Source: a virus. Taken from it: 64,000 bases of DNA. The notes under the pieces were generated by a model. It searched no databases. It saw only the letters and a list, made by a program, of their open reading frames with translations, and had not been told where the DNA came from. A program made the translations under genes and the position numbers. Where the stretch lies: the IMG/VR virus record IMGVR_UViG_3300035208_005542. One strand, given 5' to 3'. Shown here piece after piece: positions 1-9,300 of the stretch. Position 1 is the stretch's first letter. The number at the start of each line of letters is the position of its first letter.

Positions 1-2
1 AG

Positions 3-452
3 GCGGAGAAGGCATTGGCAGATGCCAACAAACTGCTGGATGAAGCGAAGGAAGAAGCGGCCAAGGCCAAAGCGGAGACAGAAAAGGCGAAGGAAGAGGG
101 GAAGAAAGTAGAAAATGAAAAAGCCCTGGACGCCAAGATCAAGGCCCTGATGGAAGCGGAGACCGCGGAATATCAGAAGCTGATCAAGGATGCTTTGGGT
201 CTGGACAAGGATGTAACAGCGGAGAATATAGATGAAAAGGTGAAGCTGATCAAGGAACAGATAGCGACACAGAAGGCGAACATTCTGAAAGAGCAAATCC
301 TGAAGGATGGCGTTGGGTCCCGGGGCGTTATACCTGATCCGGAGGGCAAGAAACCTCTCGATGAGTCCGGTATGCGTTCTCGTTATGCTGCCGCAGTCAA
401 GGCCGGATATAATGGCACTTTGGCTGAGTATGTGAAGATCGATAAAAGGTAA
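3..452 (+). CDS. Capsid scaffold-like protein, C-terminal part (5' end outside window)
   Basis: Frame is open from the window edge; Lys/Glu/Ala-rich coiled coil directly upstream of the major capsid gene. Confidence 0.6.
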   Translation, partial: AEKALADANKLLDEAKEEAAKAKAETEKAKEEGKKVENEKALDAKIKALMEAETAEYQKLIKDALGLDKDVTAENIDEKVKLIKEQIATQKANILKEQILKDGVGSRGVIPDPEGKKPLDESGMRSRYAAAVKAGYNGTLAEYVKIDKR

Positions 453-463
453 CGGAGAAAATT

Positions 464-1687
464 ATGTTTGAAAATATTGACAAATTCCTGAAGGCGCAGA
501 AAGCGCAGATGATGACCCTGGATGAAGCCGGGGGCCAGAGGGCCAGGGAAGATCGCGGATACGATTTTTCGGCGGAAGACAAAGTGACGGGGCGTGTAGT
601 GGGTATGCGGGAAATCCTGTACGACAACACGATCAAATGGATAAAGGACGAACTCCCCCGCGGCGTTCTGCAGAAGGAAGGGATGCTTCTGTCCCAGCCG
701 GGGGTGCTGAATGAAGACACGTTGTCCACCGCATTCTCGACCTACACCACCTCCCTGCTTCCCGCCGTTCGCAGGATCTACAGCAAGTTGCTGGCCATGG
801 AACTCGTTTCCGTTCAGCCTCTGAGCGGCCCTTCGGGGTATATCTATTATCTGGATCATCTGTACGGGACAACGGGCGGCGGGGCCACTTCCGGACAGCG
901 ACTGGATCAGTATAATCATTCGGCGTACAGCGACAGTTCCGAGAAGGGTGCGATCCGCGAGATCAACCTCAAACTCGCCTCCAAGCTCATTTCGACCAAG
1001 AGCAAGAAGGTCAAGGCTCTGTGGACCACCGAAGCGCAGCAGGATCTGAGTTCGCAGTGGAGGCTCGATGCCTTCGGTGAACTTCAGCCTCAACTTGTGG
1101 ACGAGATAGCAAGGGAAGTGGACCTGGAAGTCATCGCTGCCCTTCTGGCAGGCGCAGGCGCGGGCAACACGGATTGGAATGCCAACGGGTATCTGGCAGG
1201 CGATACGACCACCACGGACCGCAGAGCTTATCGCGAGACCCTTTATGATGCGATAGCGGAAACGGCGGCCAAGATCTACAAGAAGAAGTTTGCGCAGCCC
1301 AATTGGCTGCTGATGGATGGAGACACTTTTGCCAGGTTGCAGAAGCTTGAAAAGTTCAACGGCGATCCCAGCATAACCCCTGAGCAGACCGCTGAGATCG
1401 GGTGGAGATATGAGGGTACGCTGGCCGGGAAGTACAAAGTTTACGTCGATCCTCGTTTCACCGCCAATATGATCCTCATGGGCATCCGCGGCAACGACTG
1501 GAAGAATGCGGTCGGCTATTACAGCCCTTATATTCCCCTTTATCTGTCGGAGGAATATATCGTCAATGATGACTTCACGCAGAGGGCAAGGGGCGCGATG
1601 AGTCGCTATGCGTGCGGCGCGATCCCTGAATCTGAATCCGACGCTCTTAACTACGGTCTGGGAACCGTCACGATAACCCAGAGCTAA
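464..1687 (+). CDS. Major capsid protein, T4 gp23-like (HK97 fold)
   Basis: 407 aa; LLPAVRR..ELVSVQPLSGPSGYIYYL, KALWTTEAQQDL, EIAREVD and YYSPYIPL segments typical of gp23-family capsids; GGAG RBS. Confidence 0.93.
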   Translation: MFENIDKFLKAQKAQMMTLDEAGGQRAREDRGYDFSAEDKVTGRVVGMREILYDNTIKWIKDELPRGVLQKEGMLLSQPGVLNEDTLSTAFSTYTTSLLPAVRRIYSKLLAMELVSVQPLSGPSGYIYYLDHLYGTTGGGATSGQRLDQYNHSAYSDSSEKGAIREINLKLASKLISTKSKKVKALWTTEAQQDLSSQWRLDAFGELQPQLVDEIAREVDLEVIAALLAGAGAGNTDWNANGYLAGDTTTTDRRAYRETLYDAIAETAAKIYKKKFAQPNWLLMDGDTFARLQKLEKFNGDPSITPEQTAEIGWRYEGTLAGKYKVYVDPRFTANMILMGIRGNDWKNAVGYYSPYIPLYLSEEYIVNDDFTQRARGAMSRYACGAIPESESDALNYGLGTVTITQS

Positions 1688-1707
1688 GGGCGGCATGTGA
1701 TAGGTAG

Positions 1708-1741
1708 GGGCCACCCGTTTATCGGATGGCCCTTTTTTTTT
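1708..1741 (+). terminator. Rho-independent terminator after the capsid gene
   Basis: GGGCCA-CCCG/CGGA-TGGCCC hairpin followed by 9 T. Confidence 0.85.
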
Positions 1742-1766
1742 ATTATTAGAGTTAGGAGGCAAAGGA

Positions 1767-2759
1767 TTGTTTAGATGGGCGCAAAACACGTCGAGAGTCT
1801 CTCAGAGTTTTTTCAACACGAACGGGGATGCGGTTTCCGTCGATCCCGGCGGGATCTTTGATTTCACCCGCGTCTCTTCTATTCCCTCCCATTTTTCCCC
1901 TGTCAAGAACCTGATATCCGCAGTAGACAACAACCGGCCCTTTTATATCCAACGGACGTACGCGCTAGGGGACATGCTGATGGGGATACCCGCGGTCCGC
2001 GCTTGTCGCACCCTAGGGCTGCAGGCGCACATGAGGGTTGAGGCGAGGCATGCGGGGATCATGCAACGTCTGGAAGTCCCATATATAACTACAAATGAAA
2101 GAACAGATATGCCTGGGATAATCTTGGATTGGGTGTTGGAAAGGGACCACACGGATCCCGATCTTGGCAAGCTGCATAGGACGGAAATATACTTCAAGGC
2201 CCTGGGGATCCCGATGCCGGAGTTGGATTGGTCGATGGATCCCAGGAGGTTCCCGGATGTCCCTGTGACAGGAAAATACGTGGTGATGGTGGGGCAGGGA
2301 TCCAATAGCCGTAAAAAGCTTCCGGATATGACGGTCGATAAGATCCTGCGGAAGCTGGTCGATAACGGGATAAAGGTGTGCTATAACGGAGAGCCGGAGT
2401 TGGATATCGCAGGCGTTGAATTCCTGCGTCGTCGCCTGTCAGTTCCTGAACTATTCAGCCTGATCTTCCATAGTCAGGCCCTGATAACGGTGGACAGCGG
2501 ACCGCTTTGGATCGCCCATTTCGCTTCCAGCCCCATCGTTGCGATCCTGGGTCCTTCGCATTTCAAACAGCGGACCGTCCTGCATCCGTTGTACCCTGAA
2601 GGGGTATATAATATACAGATGAATGATTGGTTGGGGTGCAGGAGTTGTACGGAGAATGGGATCGGGTGTCGTGAAGAATATCGATGCCTGAACATGAACG
2701 GGGATAGATTGGCTGATGAAGTTCTTTTGGGGACTAAAAAATACATGAGTGAGGTCTGA
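1767..2759 (+). CDS. Glycosyltransferase family 9 (heptosyltransferase-like) with short N-terminal extension
   Basis: ALGDMLM, ITVDSGPLWIAH and AILGPS motifs; C-terminal CxxC...C...C; AGGAGG RBS with TTG start. Confidence 0.85.
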   Translation: MFRWAQNTSRVSQSFFNTNGDAVSVDPGGIFDFTRVSSIPSHFSPVKNLISAVDNNRPFYIQRTYALGDMLMGIPAVRACRTLGLQAHMRVEARHAGIMQRLEVPYITTNERTDMPGIILDWVLERDHTDPDLGKLHRTEIYFKALGIPMPELDWSMDPRRFPDVPVTGKYVVMVGQGSNSRKKLPDMTVDKILRKLVDNGIKVCYNGEPELDIAGVEFLRRRLSVPELFSLIFHSQALITVDSGPLWIAHFASSPIVAILGPSHFKQRTVLHPLYPEGVYNIQMNDWLGCRSCTENGIGCREEYRCLNMNGDRLADEVLLGTKKYMSEV

Positions 2760-5424
2760 TGTGAGTGTGAAACGCTATGAACTGCCGTGTGGGACCCTGT
2801 ACGTCAATGAGGGCCAGGTCGAGGAAACATTTTTCATCCAGGGAGATCCGATAACACTTAAACCCAAACAGACGCGGTTTGTCGGGGGGTCAACGAGGGA
2901 TCTGGTGCATTACCTGATGTACCCGGAATTCTGGGAGGGGAGGGCGGCGATGGATGCGGCCAAGGCCAATAAGGAACATATCAGGATCCTGATCGATGTG
3001 TCGGAGGTTGATAGATGGGGGGATAATCTGCTGCTGACCCTGATATCCAAAGCCTATCGGGAATCATACGAAGGGAACATAACGATAGATGTGTTGGTCA
3101 ACAACAAATGCCGAACCATATGGGACCATAACCCAGATATCGATAATGTGCTTTTGGAACCTGGAACTGGATATAAGTTAACCATCGATCTGAACACGTT
3201 CGAACCCAAGTTCGAGGGCAACGTTCGATGCTCCGATTCGATCCTTCGCAGATCCGGGCTGTACACGGTCAATAAAACGCCGGTGTATAAAGTGACGGAT
3301 GAAGAACAGAAAATGGCTGTACGGGCTTCCCAGGGCCTCAGGCGGCCTATTTACGGCATAGCGATGAACAGTTTCGCAAAGCTGAAAGAATATCGGCATA
3401 TGAAAGAGTTGGTAGAGCTATTGGAAGAGCGGGGAACGGTAATCATATTGGATGAACACCTGGATGTGGAGTTTACTTATCATGTATCCGAGGCCGCGGC
3501 ACTAATAACAGCCTGTGATTGGGTGATAGCCAACGATAGTGGACTTCTACATCTGGCGGGGGCGTTGAAGAAGAAAGTGGTCGGGATATTTGGGAACACA
3601 GACGGGCGAAGGATCATGGAGGATTATGAGCATGCGGTCGTTGTTCAGCCTGGTACGTGTGAGAACAAACCCTGTTGGTGGACCGCCCCCTGCGCCCCTG
3701 GGGCCACGTATCAGGAGAAAGAAGCGTTCGATATCCCCCAATGCCTGGACTTCAGCCCCCAGCTGGTATTGGATGCGATGGATAAATACGAAGCGGAGAA
3801 CAAGAGGATCCTGGTGGTGATGCTGACGTTCAATCTTTTGGCCTGGACCAAGATCGCCATTGAATCCATACGATCCAAGCACCATATCGATATTTTCGTT
3901 GCAGACAATGAGTCTTCGGATGGAACCCAGGATTGGTTGAAGAAGCGCGGCATAGAATTCGCTTCCAGGCGTTGCGGGGTGGCCGCCGCCCAAAACATAG
4001 GCTTCCGGAAGTTCCTGGATGGAAATTGGGATTACGTTCTGTTGCTTAATAACGATGTGGTTCTGCACAGGGACACGATAGATTCGCTGGTGAGGACGAT
4101 GGAAGCCGATAAGGGGATATCGGCCGCGACATCTACGGAAGTTCCAAACGTTGCCCCGTGGCTCATCGATTCCGCCGAAGAAGGGACGGGGATGGATGAG
4201 GTCGTCAATATCGGACCTGGGGCTTATAGCTGTACCCTGTTCAGAAGGGACATAGTGCAAAAGGTGGGCCTGTTCGATGAACATTTTACACCGCGCTACA
4301 TAGAGGACAACGACTATACGTTGCGCCTGAGACTGGCCGGGGGAAAATTTGTAAAAAGTCGGGAGTCGGTATACTACCATGTATTGGGCGCGGTATTGAG
4401 CACGAATGAGGAAGAGAAGAGGGGCAGGGACCATCATTGGGTCAAAAACCTTGCCTATTATCAGGAGAAGTGGGGCATCCATCCCCATGAGCCCCAAGAC
4501 ATGAATAAACTTAGTGCGGAATGTTTCCCTGGCCGATTCAGGGCGCAACTGGATGAACTGCTGAAAACCAAACCCAAAGTCACCGCGGTCATTAACAGGC
4601 TATACGGGGGAGTGGGGGATGTGATATTTGTGTCCGTGATCGCACGTGAGCTGAAACGCCTGTATGGGGAAAGGGTGAGGGTGGTTTACCACGTGTGCGC
4701 CCACGATAGTTCCAATAACCAGAAAGAGGTGCTGAAGCACGATCCTTATATCGATGCCTTCGATGAGGATGGGGACATAAGGTTGGATTTGACGGAAGTG
4801 GATTTCCGTCAGGAATGGCACGAGATCGCGGAGTGTGGGTACATAATGAGCCGTCGCACGGCGTTGCATCTGAAAATTGCCGGACTGTTATCCAAAGAAT
4901 CGGATCTGAAACCCCTGTATGTGGTGACCGATGAAGAACGCGCTTGGGCTGAAACAGTTTGGGCACCTAAACCCGGCAAACGAGTGTTGGTGTGTCCCAA
5001 GGGCAGCAATACTTTGAAACGCTGGCATGGGATGGATGAATTGATCAGGCGACTTAACGGGCAGGGGTATGCGGTGATCGTCGATGATCCGCAGTACAGC
5101 TTCCGTCAGCTGTGCGCCCTGATCAGCAAAGCTGATCTGGTGATCGGCCCCGACAGCGGACCCAGCAATGCGGCGGGGGCCATGGATATCCCGGTCATAA
5201 CAATATTCAGCAATCGCAACGGCAAGCTGTTCGAAGCAATGTTCCCCAGCATGATATCCGTTACGGGTACCTGTTCTTTGGGAGCGCAACCTTGTGATTA
5301 TCGAATGCCGTGTTGCGGAGCGGAGGGGCCATATCGCCCCAAGGAGAATATGGGTGAGCCGGAATGTCTGCGGACATTGACGGCGGAAGCGGTAGAAGAA
5401 ATGGTCAAGGAGATCCTGGTATGA
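2749..5424 (+). CDS. Tri-domain glycosyltransferase GT9-GT2-GT9
   Basis: WGDNLL/IANDSGLLHLAGA (GT9); ADNESSDGT, LLLNND, GLFDEHF, YIEDNDY (GT2); GGVGDVIF/IGPDSGPSNAAGA (second GT9). Confidence 0.88.
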   Translation: MRSDVSVKRYELPCGTLYVNEGQVEETFFIQGDPITLKPKQTRFVGGSTRDLVHYLMYPEFWEGRAAMDAAKANKEHIRILIDVSEVDRWGDNLLLTLISKAYRESYEGNITIDVLVNNKCRTIWDHNPDIDNVLLEPGTGYKLTIDLNTFEPKFEGNVRCSDSILRRSGLYTVNKTPVYKVTDEEQKMAVRASQGLRRPIYGIAMNSFAKLKEYRHMKELVELLEERGTVIILDEHLDVEFTYHVSEAAALITACDWVIANDSGLLHLAGALKKKVVGIFGNTDGRRIMEDYEHAVVVQPGTCENKPCWWTAPCAPGATYQEKEAFDIPQCLDFSPQLVLDAMDKYEAENKRILVVMLTFNLLAWTKIAIESIRSKHHIDIFVADNESSDGTQDWLKKRGIEFASRRCGVAAAQNIGFRKFLDGNWDYVLLLNNDVVLHRDTIDSLVRTMEADKGISAATSTEVPNVAPWLIDSAEEGTGMDEVVNIGPGAYSCTLFRRDIVQKVGLFDEHFTPRYIEDNDYTLRLRLAGGKFVKSRESVYYHVLGAVLSTNEEEKRGRDHHWVKNLAYYQEKWGIHPHEPQDMNKLSAECFPGRFRAQLDELLKTKPKVTAVINRLYGGVGDVIFVSVIARELKRLYGERVRVVYHVCAHDSSNNQKEVLKHDPYIDAFDEDGDIRLDLTEVDFRQEWHEIAECGYIMSRRTALHLKIAGLLSKESDLKPLYVVTDEERAWAETVWAPKPGKRVLVCPKGSNTLKRWHGMDELIRRLNGQGYAVIVDDPQYSFRQLCALISKADLVIGPDSGPSNAAGAMDIPVITIFSNRNGKLFEAMFPSMISVTGTCSLGAQPCDYRMPCCGAEGPYRPKENMGEPECLRTLTAEAVEEMVKEILV

Positions 5425-6698
5425 GCATCGATGAAATATCGGCCACAGTACGGCAGACGCCCCTCTCGGTAGAATTCCCAGGGCGGAAGCATCATTGCGG
5501 AGCGGTTGGAGGCAAGATCTATCGAGTTGTAGATTCTTCTGACCAAGCGCAGTTGTATGTCGAGCTGTTCGCTGATGAGGCATGGATGCAGGAGTTGTTC
5601 CGTTTGGGCATGGTGGCGACAAAACTGATAGGCGTTGATTCCGAAGGACGATTGGTGCTTGAACACGAACCGTTCCGATTCCAGACCATGGCTCAAGAGT
5701 GGACCATTGGCCAGGCCCGTGAAGCGGCGACGACCATTATCAGAATTCAACGACATCTGATGGCCAAGGACTGCTTCCTTAGCGATCCCCACGTATTCAA
5801 CCTCACATTCGATTCCACACGCCCTGTGTATTTTGATTTCGGGTCGATAGCCAAGGGGCCGTATCCGGAACAGGAATGGTTGCGCAATTTCTGGCTGGGG
5901 CAGACCTGGATGGAGAGTTGGATGACGAGGCTGGGGATATCCTACGCCACGACCCAGGACTTGATATGTCATCCCTCATACAGGGATCTGGATACGCAAA
6001 TAAAAAAAATTGAGAACATGTCGTTACGGGATTCACCTATCACGGAGTGGAGTCGTTACTGTTGGCAGATGTTGGATGTGAACAACCATGATTCCTGGAA
6101 AGAGAAGCATTTGGCCGTGGAAATCCTGTTGTCGAAACTGCAGAGGTTGCCTGCTGCGCTGGATATCGGGTGCAACGTTGGAGACTTCTGCCGGATGATG
6201 CTGAAATTGGGGGCCGTGGACGCAGTGTGCGGCATGGATATCGACGAGATCAGCATCCAGGCTCTGAACACCAAGGCCAAAGAAGACCACTTGCCTATCA
6301 CTACCGCGGTATGGGATGCTATGACATTGCAAGGGTGGCACGTGGTGGATTTTGATACTGAGTCTTGGAATAGAATGTATCAGCCATCCGTGAGGCTTCA
6401 GGCTCCGTTGGTGTTGGCAGTGGCCATGATCCATCATTGGTGCTATTTCCGGGACCTGACGTTCCGGCAGGTGGCACAGGTATTGGCGGAATACAGCCAA
6501 CGATGGTTGATGATCGAATGGATACCGTACAGCGATAGATGTCTGACGGGAAAGACCAACCGTTCCGGTGTGGATAAAAGCCATTATACTGAGGAGGAAT
6601 TTCTGTCGGCATTCTTGGAACGGTTCCCAAACATAGTGGGTATGGAACCCAGTACTGACGGAGTTAGGAAAATGTATCTGTTGAGCAAGGAGATGTGA
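5421..6698 (+). CDS. Kinase-like plus class I SAM methyltransferase fusion (NoeA-like architecture)
   Basis: N-half has D-x-H-x-x-N (SDPHVFN) and DFG; C-half has LDIGCNVG and GMDID; ATG 5421 overlaps the upstream stop (ATGA). Confidence 0.75.
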   Translation: MSIDEISATVRQTPLSVEFPGRKHHCGAVGGKIYRVVDSSDQAQLYVELFADEAWMQELFRLGMVATKLIGVDSEGRLVLEHEPFRFQTMAQEWTIGQAREAATTIIRIQRHLMAKDCFLSDPHVFNLTFDSTRPVYFDFGSIAKGPYPEQEWLRNFWLGQTWMESWMTRLGISYATTQDLICHPSYRDLDTQIKKIENMSLRDSPITEWSRYCWQMLDVNNHDSWKEKHLAVEILLSKLQRLPAALDIGCNVGDFCRMMLKLGAVDAVCGMDIDEISIQALNTKAKEDHLPITTAVWDAMTLQGWHVVDFDTESWNRMYQPSVRLQAPLVLAVAMIHHWCYFRDLTFRQVAQVLAEYSQRWLMIEWIPYSDRCLTGKTNRSGVDKSHYTEEEFLSAFLERFPNIVGMEPSTDGVRKMYLLSKEM

Positions 6699-7429
6699 TG
6701 AAAATAACTGAGAACTTGTTGGAGTTGGAGGCGATATTCCAGGGCGGTCGTAAGTATTGGACAGATATGGCCAAAATCCACGGGGCTATCAACCACCCCA
6801 GTACCCAGTTTTCCGATGTGGTGCTTAATGCCGCTACGGCGGAGGATATACTGCGGGGCTATACTACTGCGGAATTGTCTGAGGTCAACGTGCTGGACTT
6901 CGGGTGCGGCGAGGGTCGACTGATTCCTTATATCGCCCCCAGGGTGAAAAGCTATTCGGGCCTGGATGCCAGCAGTTCCTGTGTGAGCTACGCCAGAACC
7001 GTGGCCAATGCATATCCCAATGCCATGATCTATGAGCTGACGAGCCTGAACGATCTGTACAAGATGGATTTTAAGGACATCAGGCTATTCATGAGTTGGA
7101 CGGTTTTCCAACATATACCCCATTCATTGATGCGCCACATAATCCGCGCCATCAGCGCAAGTATGCCTCCCTATTCCTGTGCTCATCTGCAGATGGATTG
7201 GCCTCCGTTGGTCGGGTGGCCCCATCCGCGTGAGGAGCAGTACAGGTTCACGGTGATGGAAGACGACGATTATCGTTGCCGATGGTGGCCACCGGAGGTG
7301 ATATACGAGACCCTGGAAGCGGCCGGGTGGGATGTTTGGGAAAAACCTGACGCAGAGCATCAATGTTGGCGTGCGGTGAGGAGTGACGATGTGTCAAGGC
7401 TATCAAAGGTTCTGGATTTAGTTTCATAA
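6695..7429 (+). CDS. Class I SAM-dependent methyltransferase
   Basis: VLDFGCGEGR, GLDAS and SWTVFQHIP motifs. Confidence 0.88.
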   Translation: MMKITENLLELEAIFQGGRKYWTDMAKIHGAINHPSTQFSDVVLNAATAEDILRGYTTAELSEVNVLDFGCGEGRLIPYIAPRVKSYSGLDASSSCVSYARTVANAYPNAMIYELTSLNDLYKMDFKDIRLFMSWTVFQHIPHSLMRHIIRAISASMPPYSCAHLQMDWPPLVGWPHPREEQYRFTVMEDDDYRCRWWPPEVIYETLEAAGWDVWEKPDAEHQCWRAVRSDDVSRLSKVLDLVS

Positions 7430-7442
7430 GGGAAGGCGTTCC

Positions 7443-7922
7443 ATGACCCTGTTTTCCTTCAATCCCAAAACAGTCCTTTTCGATCTAAAGGTCACAGAAA
7501 TCTGTCGAAACTGCCAAAGATTCGGAAAATGCGGAACGTGTCCGCCGAATATCCCGTCGATGGATTATTATCAGAAGCTGTTGCCGACGTATAAAAATGG
7601 CATTCTGTTCGTCCAAATGTTCTGTGTGGAAGGAACGATATGGGAATCGAGCAAAGATAGTTCTTTGGCGATTTTTAATGCGGTCAATAAAGAACGGGAA
7701 ACGCTGAGAAAAGAGGGACATTACTTTATATCCGCATTTGGTGCCGGTTCCTGCAAGGCGTGCGATACGTGTTCTGTTCCGTGTTCCGCCCCTGAAAATT
7801 CGATAGTCCCCCTGGAAGCCACGGGGATAAATGTGGTGCTTTTGGCGGAAAAATTTGGCATAAAGATCGTTTTCCCTGTTGGCCGTGATTTTTATCGGTT
7901 GGGGGCATTGTTTTATGATTAA
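7443..7922 (+). CDS. DUF2284-like predicted metal-binding protein
   Basis: CxxC..FG.CGTCPP, GAGSCxxCxxC...C and LEATGINV pattern. Confidence 0.8.
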   Translation: MTLFSFNPKTVLFDLKVTEICRNCQRFGKCGTCPPNIPSMDYYQKLLPTYKNGILFVQMFCVEGTIWESSKDSSLAIFNAVNKERETLRKEGHYFISAFGAGSCKACDTCSVPCSAPENSIVPLEATGINVVLLAEKFGIKIVFPVGRDFYRLGALFYD

Positions 7923-8014
7923 TATTTTAATAGGGATAGTTTATCCTGTCGTCAGCTCGTCTGCCCTGCGTAGAAGGAGTAACGGGGTCGCCATATGACG
8001 GCCCCAGCATTAAA

Positions 8015-8194
8015 ATGAAAAGATTATGTTGGAGTTTTGTGCGGTTTGATATTTGGCATGCTTGGTTCAAGACAAAAGAGGTTTGTTTGAAGATCCTTGG
8101 GATAATTTTTCTTCCATTGGGTTTTATCCTCCTTGGTCTATTGTGGATTACAATGGGTTTATACTACGCAGTAAAGGATATCGTTAATGATTAA
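8015..8194 (+). CDS. Small membrane protein (59 aa, below ORF-track cutoff)
   Basis: Manual translation MKRLCWSFVRFDIWHAWFKTKEVCLKILGIIFLPLGFILLGLLWITMGLYYAVKDIVND; one hydrophobic segment; overlaps next start. Confidence 0.55.
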   Translation: MKRLCWSFVRFDIWHAWFKTKEVCLKILGIIFLPLGFILLGLLWITMGLYYAVKDIVND

Positions 8195-8636
8195 CCATGG
8201 AAAATCGGACATGCCTCCGCCTACGGGGGACAATTTGAAAAAGATCTGGGTTCCCGGAACTTGGGACCTTTTCCACTATGGACATGCCAATCTCCTGCAA
8301 CGTGCGGCATTTTATGGAGAGGTCATCGTTGGCGTCAATTCCGATAAGTGGGTAATAGGAACAAAAGGAAAAGCCCCGGTGATGAATGAACTTGAAAGGC
8401 TGTTTGTCGTGGGGGCCTGTGAGGGCGTGAAGTATGCGTATGTTGTTCCGGAACCCTTGGATTTTAGAACCCTGAAAAGCATCGTGCCGGACATGATAGT
8501 CCTGGGAAGCGATTGGAAGGGCAGGGATCTGAAGGGGTTGAAAGAGGCGCGACAAATAGCTGAGATCCTTTATTTCCCATATGTGGATGGGATCAGTACT
8601 GATGAAATAATTAAAAGAATAGGGAGGATAACGTGA
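8187..8636 (+). CDS. Cytidylyl/adenylyltransferase (TagD/RfaE-like)
   Basis: GTWDLFHYGH (HxGH), VGVNSD, GSDW and ISTDEI motifs. Confidence 0.9.
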   Translation: MINHGKSDMPPPTGDNLKKIWVPGTWDLFHYGHANLLQRAAFYGEVIVGVNSDKWVIGTKGKAPVMNELERLFVVGACEGVKYAYVVPEPLDFRTLKSIVPDMIVLGSDWKGRDLKGLKEARQIAEILYFPYVDGISTDEIIKRIGRIT

Positions 8637-8833
8637 AGAAAATTTTTGTGAAGATCGCGGGGGCTGTGAAGACCTTCTGGACGTTCCTAAAGGGGATCAA
8701 GCTCCGCTGGTGGTTCGTCTATGCGGGTTTTGCAGGTTTGGTCTACGTCCATTTCTTGGGTCTCTTGGGGACCATAGGTATGACCGTTGCCCTTGTCCTG
8801 CTCAACAAAAAGATCCACGAAATCGGGGCATAA
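8633..8833 (+). CDS. Small membrane protein
   Basis: 66 aa, hydrophobic C-half; GGAGG RBS with GTG start. Confidence 0.6.
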   Translation: MKKIFVKIAGAVKTFWTFLKGIKLRWWFVYAGFAGLVYVHFLGLLGTIGMTVALVLLNKKIHEIGA

Positions 8834-9079
8834 ATGGAAACTCTGGGAAGTTTGGTCGACAAGCTGATCACTGTCGACATGAAGTTATGGAGGCAGGAAG
8901 AGATAGCACAGGATCCCAGGGCCGATGATCATACGATCGCTACGGCAAAGAAGAAGATCAGCCTGCTGAACCTGCAGAGGAACTCTCTGATACAGGAAAT
9001 AGACGAATTGCAGTACGACATCTCACAAGGGAAACCAGTTCCCGTTTTCCCCCAACTAAAGGATTATCAGAAGAGATAA
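8834..9079 (+). CDS. Small helical protein, DUF4254-like
   Basis: ETLGSLVDKL...LWRQEE...NLQRNSLIQEIDE pattern. Confidence 0.55.
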   Translation: METLGSLVDKLITVDMKLWRQEEIAQDPRADDHTIATAKKKISLLNLQRNSLIQEIDELQYDISQGKPVPVFPQLKDYQKR

Positions 9080-9080
9080 G

Positions 9081-9251
9081 ATGGACGATCAGGGATCGGA
9101 TTATCGGTTGGTGGCCATAACGAAAACTAATCGTAGGGATGTCGATATTGTTGTCAGAGATGGATACGGGAAGGAACACATTTTATGGCCACAAGAAACA
9201 AAGGAAATAACGGTCATACGGGAATCCGATAAACAAGAATCTGATCCCTAA
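9081..9251 (+). CDS. Small hypothetical protein (56 aa, below cutoff)
   Basis: Manual translation MDDQGSDYRLVAITKTNRRDVDIVVRDGYGKEHILWPQETKEITVIRESDKQESDP; fills the intergenic gap. Confidence 0.5.
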   Translation: MDDQGSDYRLVAITKTNRRDVDIVVRDGYGKEHILWPQETKEITVIRESDKQESDP

Positions 9252-9300
9252 GATCCTGGACCTAATGAGGGTCAGGGTGTGAAATTTTGGAGGAACGATA

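Noticed and set aside
383..1789. 468-aa minus-strand ORF opposite the capsid gene (likewise 3547..4548, 11876..12637, 16158..17159, 19492..20421)
   Set aside because: Antisense shadows of well-supported + strand genes, with no recognisable motifs
5364..5420. ORF-track upstream starts (5364, 25849, 35786, 38700, 45799, 52127, 57818)
   Set aside because: Downstream starts have better RBS or stop/start coupling and avoid long overlaps
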